DNA of 61,366 nt, counting the filler, from Streblomastix strix (Eukaryota): assembly GCA_008636045.1 (NCBI GenBank). It is 3 parts of 3 records of this genome, joined end to end, with 100 filler letters (N's around TTAATTAATTAA, not from the genome) between each part and the next. Parts side by side here need not be neighbours in the genome. Positions count along the whole stretch, not along the records: positions 41,011 to 61,366 come from SNRW01000437.1; 2 more parts are not named here. The stretch is one strand, 5' to 3'. The number at the start of each line of letters is the position of its first letter. Positions within the stretch are counted from its first letter, which is position 1. This document shows positions 43,095 through 61,366 of the stretch, in pieces. Made by a program: the position numbers and the translations under genes. Below the pieces are notes generated by a model. It had not been told where the DNA came from. It saw nothing but the letters and a program-made list of their open reading frames with translations, and made no database searches.

Positions 43095-43720
43095 AATTAT
43101 CTTAATCATTAATAAAAGTTAAGCAATAAGAAAGATAACAAATTAAAATCAAATGCTAGTTAAAAGAAAAACAATGATGATAAATCTTCATAATTTAATT
43201 TCAAACAATCAATCAAATCCTAAACAGAAGATATTGAAATAGTTAAAGATAATCATTAGTAAAAGTTATGCAAAAACAAAGATAATAAATGAAATTCAAA
43301 TTAAAGTTAAAAGAAAAGCAATGAAGATAAATCTTCATAATCTGATTCCAGATAAACTATTAAATCTTAAACCACAGAAACTTTTAATAATTAATAGATA
43401 TATTTTACTTATACTGAAGTACAAAAATTAAGAATTAAAAATTGAAGAAGAATAAAAGGAGCAAGAAATTTAGAAAAATTTAACGAATTTTATTAAGTTA
43501 TTTATAACGATAATGAAAATCCTGTGTATGATTATGATAAAGATGAAGTGGACAACAATGATAATGTTATCTGTCCAATAAATATGAATAAAATAAATAA
43601 TGACAACTCTGATTCTTAATAATAATATGATAAATCACGAGCAGAAAATATTGCATATGAGTGTGTCCAATCGTTAGGATCATTTTGTATTTTTTATTTA
43701 AAAATATTAAAAATAATGAT
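43095..43720 (+). pseudogene. Degenerate coding fragment with a 147-bp internal duplication
   Basis: KDNKLKSNASQKKNNDDKSSQ.. at 43131 repeats at 43278 with TTA changed to TGA. Further stops or shifts follow, then a D/N-rich stretch. Confidence 0.45.
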
Positions 43721-43961
43721 AGATAGTTTACAAAAGGAAACACACATATGACGATTAATAATTCTAATTGTATAATACTTTCAAGTACATGGGTCCCAAA
43801 AAGTCCTCGCGGAAGTTAAGAAAAATAAGTTGCAGTTTTGAAAAAAGTTTGTGAGGCTTCAAAAACAATTTTTACTTTAATTTTATTTTACTCTAATAAA
43901 AATATAAATAACCAGAAGTTTGAAAATCTGTTAATTTGTCCATCACTAATCAGTTTTTTTA

Positions 43962-44122
43962 TTAGAGACTAAAAAAACTTTGAAAAAAGAAACGAGATAT
44001 AAAAAATATTGAAAAAAGATATAAAAGATAAAAAATGCTGAAAAAAGACATAAGAGGCAAAAAATATTGAAAAAAGATATTAGAGGTAAAAAAAATATTG
44101 AAAAATGACACTAGAGATATAC
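43962..44122. repeat. ~29-30 bp imperfect tandem repeat, about 5-6 units
   Basis: Units resemble GAAAAAAGAYATWAGAGRYAAAAAATATT. Confidence 0.75.
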
Positions 44123-44276
44123 AAGAGTGATAACTTTTTGTCAATCTTGACTTGGATATTATTCATTATCCGCTAAAATTTTTTTTTCAAATCTTAAATA
44201 AATACTAAATAAATACTAAAATTAATTTAAAATAACATAAGTGCTTATACTTGTATGAGTTTCAAAAGCAAAGATA

Positions 44277-47200
44277 TCAGATCTTTTTTCCAGGGGTATA
44301 TAACATCCAGAAAGCTATACTTCCTAATTTTTGATTCTAGTTTAATGAGAGGATTGTGGTTTGATTTCCATCTTCTCTCTTTGGTTGAAGATACAGCTCA
44401 ACTATTCCTTATTTGTTCAAGTATGGCAAAACCTAAATAATAATAATTATATCGGATATATATGAATATAAATATTAACGAAAATACAAATATAAAAAAA
44501 TAAATGATGAAATAATGATATATTATATTTGAATTGTAAAATAATTATTAAATTCATACATCTACACTCACAGTTCCAATGAAATCATTCCCTCCGATAC
44601 TATCATAGTCCCATACTTCAATATCAACTTCTCTTTGTCCTTTCAGTTTCGCTGGATCATATTCCATCACATAAACTTCATTTTTATATTCATAACTAAG
44701 TGTATTCTTAGCTATTGAAGTTTACTGTTAATCAAATCCTATCTGGAATAGAACATATGGATCAGATTTACCAATTAAATCCATCTTTGGCAAATCATAA
44801 ACTCCAATATGGCTAAACTCAATATATCCTTTTACATATTTAGAGTTAGCTTCGCCTCGTTTCCTTTTCTCTTCAGCAAGTCTACGAACTTCTTCTTACT
44901 ATTTATCATAATATATTTCTTCAGCTCCCTTCTATTATTTTCCTTTCGCTTGTTCTTATCCTGGAATATATTCCATTTAGAAAATTACTTTTCCAAGTTT
45001 ATTATCTAAATTTCTTACACCACCAGATGTTTTTTGTTAAGTGATTTCTTATTTAGGTTGTAGGAATAGACAATATTCTTTTTTTCTACTTAATGCAGGT
45101 AAAATCTTCAAATAATAATATAAAGAATATAAAAAATATAAATATAAAATATAAAATATAAAATATTAATATTAATATTGATATTAATATTAATGAATTT
45201 TATAAATTAATAAAATTAAGAATTTATAATCGAAATAATAATAAATAGTTATTGATTATTAAAAGTAATATATTTAATTAAAATAATAATGTTTATAATA
45301 ACTAAATGCAAATGTAAATGTAAATAAAAATACAAACATCAACTCTCGTATATCCAATATAATCATCACTTCCAATAGTATCATGATCAAATACTTCAAC
45401 TTAAACTTACGTTGGTCCTTTCACTTATCCTGGATCATATTCCATATCAAATTCTTCTCCATTATAATCATAATCAAATACATTCTTAGCAATTGTAGTT
45501 TTCTTTTCCAAGTTTCCTAAGGAGAAAATTATATATGGATCTGATTTACCATTTATGTCAAGCTATGTAAGATTACGAAGTTTAACATTGCTGATTTTCA
45601 AATAGCCTTTAGTCTACTAAGGGTTGCTTTCAAATGATCTTTCCTTTACTTGCTCAACATTTCTATTATCTGCAACTGCTTTCTATTATTATGGCTGAAT
45701 ATCAAAACTTCTTGGTTTTATTTGTGTTTCCCTACTTTTCTGAATCTATTCTTATTCAGGTATGTAAATCATCCAGAAACTAATCTTTCCGAGTTTAAAG
45801 TTCACATTTGATGGCGAATATGTCTTTTGTTGGGACAGTTTCTTCTCTTTAGGCTGAAGGTATAGTTCAACTTATATTTGTTGATTCAATGAAGGAAGAA
45901 TCTAAATAAAAATTAATATATGAGTTAATTATTGTTATTTTAAATGATTATAATGCATAAATTATTGATAAAAAAATTTAGATAATAAATTACAAATTTA
46001 AATGTAGATATAAAAAATAATTGAAATACATTAACACTAGCTGTTCCAACAAAGTCATTCCCACTTATAGCATCATAATCCCAAACTTCAACCTCCAAAT
46101 CTTATTTACCATTCATTTATGTCTGTTCATAAACAACATCTAATTGTTCATCCTTATAATCATAACTGAGTGTATTCCTAGCAATTGAAGTCTCCTTCTT
46201 GAATGGCCCAAGCGAGAAAACGACATATGGATCAGCTTTTCCACCAATATCCATAGGCGCAATGTCTTTAACCTATATTTTGCTTATTCTGACTATACCT
46301 CTCGCTGTCTATAGATTCTCAAATTACTGATTCTCAAATTACTGACTCTCAAATTATTGACCCACATATTCTCTTTTCTTATAAGTTACTTCTTCAGTCC
46401 TTCTTCTGGCTTCTTCTTGTCTTCTGAGTTCTTCTTTTTCTTTCCTTCTTCTGGCTTCTTCTTCTTCTTCAATCCTTCTTCTTTCTTCGTCTCTGTTCAA
46501 TTTTGTTGGGGAAAATTCTCTCTTTCGAATTTAGTCCTGTTCAGTCTTTCTTTTTAATTCTTCTTCTTCTTCTCTCCTTCTACGGATTCGATCTTCATCG
46601 ATTTCTTTAATAGCTTCTTCACCTGGTATATAAATCATTGATAGTGACACTGATCCAATTTTTTAGTCTTTTAATGGTTGATTTGGATCTATGGTTTGAG
46701 ATTCATATGTTTTCTTCTTTTGTTGGAGGAATACTTCAGTGTCGATTATTTTTTTGAATGATGGAAGAATCTGCATTTATTATATTATATTTAAATAGAA
46801 TAATAATTTATATAATAAATATGAATATCAAAAATTTCGAAAAAAAGGAATAATTTATTCATACATTCAAACTCACATATCCAATAAAGTGATTACCAGC
46901 AATACTATCATAATCCCAAACTTCAACTTCAATCTCTTTTTTTCCCTTCATCTATGCAGGATCATACACAAAATCAAACTACTCATTTTCATAGTAATAA
47001 TTGGACGTGTTCTTAGCGATTGTTGTCAGTTTCTACTGATAACCTAATCTGAGTAAAACATATGGGTACAATTTCCCAGTTATTCCAATCTTCTGGAGGT
47101 TATGCACAGCTACATTGCTGATCTTAATAATTCCTTTTACATACTATGGTGACCGAGCAAGTGCAATCTGCGTCTTTATGGCTGATTTCCACTTACTGAC

Positions 47201-50200
47201 TGTTTCTCTATCTGATAGTTTCGGCTGGTATTCAACACCGGTATTGATTTTTGCTAGATCAATGCTCCTCTCTTTTTGTATCTCTTCTTCATTTACATAT
47301 ATCATCTTGAAGTTCACTCTTCCTAAACCTGCATCTGTGTGGGAAGAAGTTAGGTTGAACTGCTGTTGTGTTTGTTCTTGTTTTGTTTTCCGTGTTTGAA
47401 GAAAGAGTTTGATGGAGGTTAGTTTGCCAAGTGATGGAAGAATCTGTATAAATATATTTGAATTGATAATAATCAAAATAGTCAAAATTTGAAAAATATA
47501 AAAAGTATTGAAAAAAAAAAATTTATTAAAATATATAAATTTTTAAATCAATAAAATTGTTAATTATTGTTTCATATACATTTAATACCTCAACACTCGC
47601 AGTACCAATAAAAACATTACCATTTTCTTTATCATAATCCCAGACTTCTATATCAGCTTCTTTTTTCCCATTCATTTATACAGGATCATACAAAAAGTTA
47701 TGCTCCTCTTTCTAATAATCATAATTCTGAGTGTATTGTGCAATTGAAGTCTCCTTTTCTTCATCGCCCAATTTGAATATGACAAAAGGCCGTGATTTGT
47801 CCTTCTTTTAAATCTAACGCAGATCCCGAACTTGGATATGACTGAATTCAACAAATCCCTTTCTTGGTTTCGTTGGTGAAAATTCTCTATTTCGACTTTA
47901 TTCTTCTTCAAGAGATTTTCTTTTTAATTCTTCTTCTAATGCTTACCTTCTTTATTCTTCTTCTAATGCCTATCTTTTTTTTCCTTCTATTGCTTTTCTT
48001 CTTAATTCTTCTTCAATTCTTTTTTTTTCTTCTTCATTTCTTTTGTTTAATTCTTCTTTTCTCTTTTTCTCTTCTTCATTTCTTTTTTTATCTTCTTCTA
48101 ATACTTTTCTTCTTTTTTCTTCTTCTAATCTTCTTAATTCTTCATTCCTTCTCTTTTCTTCTTCATTTCTTCTTAATTCTTCTTGTTCTTCATTTCTTCT
48201 TTTTTCTTCTTCAATTTTTCTCTTCTTCTCCTCTTCTTACCTTCTGAAATCTTCAGTATCTTTATTCTTCCTTTCTTCATATTCTTTTCTTCTGATTATT
48301 TACTCTTCTTTGTATTTTTTAATCCATTCTTCGCCTTATAAATACAACATCTTGAATATGATCTTGCCAAGTTAAGAGTCGGTTTATTATGACGTAAAGT
48401 TGAATTATTGTTGAACTTGTTCCTTTTTGATCTTATGAGGTTGGAGGAATAGTTCAACGGTGGTTTGCTTGTTGAGAAATGGGAGAATCTGGATTAAATA
48501 ATAAATTAAATAGTAATTAGTTATATGTTGTGAATAAATAAATGTAATAAAAATAAACTATATTTATAAATATATAGACATAATTAATCTATAAATAAAT
48601 AAGATACGCAAATTCAAATAAATTAAAATCATACATCAACACTCGCGCTTCCAATCATAACGCTATTCTCAGCGCTATCCTTACTCCATACTTCTACATC
48701 CACTTCTTTCTTACCCTTCAATTATACTGGATCATAAATCAGATCATATGTTTCATCCCTATAAATATAATCAAGCGTATTCCTACCAACTGAAGTTAAC
48801 TGCTGTTGATAACCCAGAAGAAAAAGTGCAAAGGGATTTTATTTTCCACCAGAAATCATTGGAGGCAGATTCTTAACTTGAATACTACTGAATTTCAAAA
48901 CTCCTTTTAAATATTCAGGTTATTTTGGAAGTAGATCTTATGATCTTGACTGTTTAAGCTACCTAGCTTTCGGTGACTGCTGTGCATCTTCAGTAAAATC
49001 TATATCACGATAGTCAATAACTTCCATCTCGTTGATGAAGATCATCTGAAATTTCACTTTTCCTAATTTTTGATTATTCTACTATGAGGCGAGGTCGAAT
49101 TAGGTTGGAGTTTGATCCTGTTTGTTTTTCAACGATTGGAGGAACAGCTCAACTTGGACTGGTTTGTTCATTGATGGAAGAACCTAATAATAAATTATTG
49201 AATTATTAATGAATATAAATATGAAGAGAAAAATATAAAGTAATATAAGAATAAATATATTTAAAATATTAACGTTAATAATAATTACAACACTATATAT
49301 AATATTAAATTAATTATGCATACAATTACACTCGCAGTCCCAATTAAATCATTATGTCCTATACTATCAAAATCCCAGACTTCAATATCCACTTCTTTCT
49401 TACCCTTCATTTGTACAGGGTCATACAACAACTGATACTATTCATTCTCATATATATAACTGAGCGCATTTTTCGCTACTGAAGTTCTTTTCTCTTCTTT
49501 TCCTAATCTGAAGAGCACAAAAGGATCCGCTTTGCCAATAACGTCCTTCTTGGGCAGATTCTGCACTGATATGCGACTGAACTCAACAAACCCTGTTGAC
49601 TTCTCAGCTTTGTTAGTTGGACCCTTTTATTCTAATTTAGCCAAAGAACCTTTTGATCTTCGTTACTCTTCTAACTGAATCCTTCTGGATTCCTCATCTT
49701 CAATCTTCTTAATCAGATTGTTGTCTTCGAAGTAGATTATCTTGAATACAACTTTCCCAATGTATTGTTGTTGATCAGCTTCTTGGGATGAACGACGAAT
49801 AGGGAATATTTTCTTCTCTGCTTGGAATAGTTTGTTGAATGATGGAGTAACCTATATTATAATGATTATGAATAGATGTTAATATATATTGGCAGTTAGA
49901 TAGTATATTAATTAATAATTAAATGTATAAATAAGTTTATTATATATATAATAATATCAAATATAAAACAAACATCAACATCTGCAGTTCCTAACAAATA
50001 CTTAACTCCTTATTTATCATAATTAAAGACTTATAATGTTAAATCTGGTTTTCCTTTTGCTTTCCGCGGATCAAATATCAGCTCTAAAATTTCATTCTAA
50101 TAGTCATAATTAACAGTACTCTTAGAAACCGAAGTTTTTTAGCCATCAGTAGGTGTTCTCAAATCAATATAAGGATAAATCCTGTTGTTTCCGTCAAGCT

Positions 50201-50644
50201 CTGGGAAACCTCGAACCCCTATCTCGCTAATCCTCACAATACCCTTTGGATATGGGTGTTCTTATGGCAAATTCTTATTCCTTTCATTCTGGTAGTTGTG
50301 AAGTTTCTGAGCAGTTGGGCTTGTTAACAGTTCAAGCTGTGTTGTTGATGGGGTTTTCCCTTTAGATGGGCTTATTATCCTTACGTCCGGCTAGTTTTAA
50401 TAACCTTACTAATTTGGACCCCGAGTTGGGCTCGTAACATTGTAGACCGGTAAGTTTTATTAAGATATTCTTCCAGGGGAGGGGCTTGTGGTTTTATCAA
50501 TTTGCGTGGCTATTTAAAGTTTCTATATTTGTATCAAGTATACGAATTAGATATAAACATATTAAGAAAAAGTAGAGGAATGCAGCAAACTGGTTTTTCT
50601 GCTTCTTCCCTCTTTGGAAGTTGCTTCATCTGACGTTATGCCAT
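44277..50644 (-). CDS. Multi-C2-domain protein: eight C2 domains, E/R/K-rich helical linkers, no TM helix (~1,700 aa, 10 exons)
   Basis: Eight units of the form KG...I.V..LP.MD..GK.DPYV.F..G....TSIA.NTL.YDY..E.....YDP....G...V.IEVWDYD..G..DFIG...V. ATG at 50644; TGA at 44277-44279 after YTPGKKI. Confidence 0.92.
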
Positions 50645-50986
50645 TTCTCTAGAAAATAGATAAAAATGAAATTTTGGAGATAACAATAAAAATATTTACA
50701 AGAGTGTGCGTCTAGCTGGGATTGCAAACTTTAAAAACAGTACCAAAACTCGAACGTAATATTTGATTAACAAAAACTGCCCTGAAACTTATATATTAAT
50801 TATAAGAAATGCTATTCCATATAATTCCGGAAACTAGAAAGAGGATATAAAACAAAGTTATATATTCTTCAATTTTTATTTGAATATCTAAATGTTACAT
50901 AAATAATTGAAATATAAATATTTAATTAATTTATGATACAGTGAATAAAAGAGTGATATTCTTTTTATAACTTGAGAATTAATACT

Positions 50987-52449
50987 TCAAACTAATGTTT
51001 TTAATTTATCTTATTATTTCTTCAATTCAATTCCATTTTCTTTCCTATCTTGTTTTTCTCTCTCCTGAATCAAATCCAACTTAGCAACTTCAGAATCAAT
51101 CTGATCAATGCTCACTTTATTATCAATGAGGATATCACTTACAAGTTTAGAATAACTATATCCACTCCCATCAATATATGGAATATCAAGTTTCTATGCT
51201 ACAAACCTCCCAACATTTGCAGCATACAGATCAGGATTAGATCTCTCATCCTCATTAGGAATATACAAGTCAAATATTTGCACCTCAAATGGATTCCAGA
51301 ACTGAGTGAGCATTCCATATATAAGTCTTATCGCTGGTATTGCATCATAATGATTTGAGAAGTGCTTTCCAGGATATTTGATTGCGAATGGACGGACTGG
51401 TCTTCCTGGAACAAATACTCCTTTATGGAAACGTGTTATTTATTAACCGTTGGATGTTGTACCTTAAATATAATAATAATTTTTATTAAAAAAAAATATT
51501 ATTGAATTATATTAAAATTAAAGTTAATGAATTTAAATACAAAAAATATACCTTCTGGGAATACCAATGGAGCATATGGAGAATTTTATTCTTATTTTGG
51601 ATCAAAAGCTTCTTCAACTCTATCTTTAAGTACTTAAGATACCGAATAACCTTCTGGTGCATCTTATTTGTTCCTATACACAAATAACCAGCGGAATACT
51701 TTCATTATAAAACGTGCTGTGAGTAATTTCTTAACTATGTGATTAGTAATTATATAATTAATATATAAATTAATAATAATCTAATTTACATTTATTATTA
51801 ATTATAGACCTCCACTACGTACCACCCACGAAGGCGCACCCAAACACATATTAAACATATCCATAAATGAGCAATGATTGCCAACCAATGGATATTTATC
51901 CTCCAAATAGTTGAATCTGGGCTAATCTTCCCAATTCTTTGATTTTGGCCTAAATTTTGAATGATCGATATATTTAATCCAGTAGAAACCAGCCGCGAAA
52001 AATAACGCCATGCAACTGTATCCCAGCGTTAATTGAGATGCTTTCCTACGCCAAATTGGAGCTGGAATGTCCCAATCCTAAAGAATAGAGAAGTAAATAA
52101 TTAATTAATTATAATAATAAATTAAATAGGAAATTAATATAGATAAAATATTATAATTGCAGACTTTGTAATTCAAGAATATGAGCTTCTGAAGCAAAAA
52201 ATGAATTGTAAATAGTATGAACATTGCTGCAATACGTACAGCAAAACCAAGTGGGCCAGGGAATATGTAAAGTTTAAATGCTTCATACAGCTGCAATAGA
52301 AATAATAAAAATAATATAGAAATAAGAATTTGATGGATGAAAGGTTTTTATACTGAAAAGTTGTAGTATTAATGAACATAACACCTTAGTCCAGGATGAT
52401 CAAGACATTTCTTGATAACTTCAGGAGGTTATTTATATATTGAAAACAT
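50987..52449 (-). CDS. Lysophospholipid acyltransferase (LPCAT/AGPAT, PlsC family)
   Basis: Catalytic LVGNHCSFMD (HxxxxD), plus VFPEGTTSNG, FHKGVFVPG.PV.PFAIKY and YIPNEDE..NPDLYAANV. N-terminal TM segment, four introns, TGA at 50987-50989. Confidence 0.92.
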
Positions 52450-53061
52450 CTAAAAATAATAAAATTATAAAAAAAATAGTAAAAAATTTTTATAATATTT
52501 GAATAAATAGAAATGAACCTAATTAGAAATTCAAAAATAATTTATATAAGAAGTAATTTTTAGAAAATATGATTTGAGGTAAATTAAAGTTACAATTAAT
52601 GAAAAAATTTGAGTTTATAAAATAAAAAAAGTTTGTGTTATTTTGTATGAAAGTACTTATATAACATTGATGTATTGGTTTATTCCTATGTAAAATATAA
52701 TTTTAAAAGAAATAAATCCAACTTTAGTGAAAAAATATTAAACATCAGAGTTATAAACTGGATTAATTAATAAAAAGTTTAAAATTTATTCAAATAAATA
52801 ATAAATAGATAATTTTTAACAATATTTTACAAATTAAATACAATGTAATATAAATTTTAAATTCAACACACACACATTAAAATTATTTACTTTTAGTTAA
52901 TTATATAAAGTTCTTGTATTATTTCTAAAATATCAAAAAAATAAGCTAATTTTACACATATATTACAGATGAAATGATGTGATAAAATAATCATGGATTT
53001 ACCACTTATGGGACAAATTGTAAACATAAAAACACATTTTTCTTAAGTTAAACAAAAAAAA

Positions 53062-60609
<7,548 letters not shown>

Positions 60610-61266
60610 GACTCGATAAAGATCTAAACACGAGAAAACGAAATAAGAATAAATTAATTTATGAAAGTGAACAAAAGATTATAATTTTTTATTAGTTTAT
60701 TAGAAATATATAACGAGAAGTTTGAAATTTCGTAATAATTTTAAGCCTGGATCAGCATTTCTTATATTTTTCAATCATATGTTCATCTAATTTAAAAAAC
60801 GTATTTATTTGTTGTTTTTAGTTAGAATTTATGTATTTTAAATCATAAAATATGTTAAGGATTAAATAAAACTTATGATACACGAAAAAAATAGCAAATA
60901 ACAAAAATAATTGTTTTTCAAAGCAACAATAATATACAAATTAATTATTTCATTATAAATTTGTTAATAAACTTGTAGTTTTTTTTAAAAAATATAATAA
61001 TTTAATATAAGTATGAGCTCAGACAGAAATACTGTTAAGATTAAAATTTTATCCAAATTTCTTAAGACGTCTTGTTTTATTCTTTAAATTACTAAAATTT
61101 GTATTTATAGTATATATGAATTTTCCTTAATAATAGTAATATTATTGCAAGTCTCCTTCATCATCAAGTTATATTAATCAAAGTTATTCATAAATTTAAT
61201 AATAAGGTAGGAGTTTAAAACTGACGGACGGATTTGACGGCAGGGATTTTTTTCTCCTTTAAACCG

Positions 61267-61305
61267 GGTGGCAACAGACACTTTTGAACCTTTTTTGTTG
61301 CCACC
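61267..61305. repeat. Short inverted repeat GGTGGCAACA ... TGTTGCCACC
   Basis: Perfect 10-bp arms (61267-61276 and 61296-61305) in a GC-rich patch near the contig end. Confidence 0.6.
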
Positions 61306-61366
61306 TTGAGTTTTAAGAAAAGAAGTGTATTTTCGACTTTACCTATTTTGACTATTTTTCAAAAAA

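Noticed and set aside
39601..44122. Tandem repeats as CRISPR arrays
   Set aside because: The units are degenerate and contiguous with no unique spacers, there are no cas genes, and the context is eukaryotic.
51190..51215. Suspected frameshift in the acyltransferase
   Set aside because: On re-reading, the frame is continuous: YAANVGRFVAQKLDIP.

Overview
This is AT-rich eukaryotic DNA, and the supplied standard-code ORF track is misleading. The genes use a non-canonical code in which TAA and TAG encode Gln and TGA is the stop (translation table 6), with short AT-rich GT-AG introns. The code, intron style and an ARM-repeat family with an HPHFE motif suggest an oxymonad such as Streblomastix (inference). 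The window is three ~20.4 kb contigs joined by artificial N-TTAATTAATTAA-N spacers. Contig 1 holds the 5' part of casein kinase 1, a ~5,400-aa Q/S/N-rich protein and the 3' part of a kinesin. Contig 2 holds a >3,000-aa low-complexity protein with a CxH..CxxC motif (plus an inverted duplicate of that motif), a beta-helix type I membrane protein, an ARM-repeat protein, an ER-type FKBP and a repeat-rich tail. Contig 3 holds a Helitron-like 3' end and other repeats, a protein with eight C2 domains, an LPCAT-type acyltransferase and a ~28-exon ABCC/MRP transporter. The main points of interest are direct evidence for TAR=Gln, two in-frame TGA codons inside conserved domains, a GT-AT intron, and the 8xC2 gene with an identically placed intron in every domain. 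All gene models were read by hand; the longest exons were spot-checked for frame rather than read in full.
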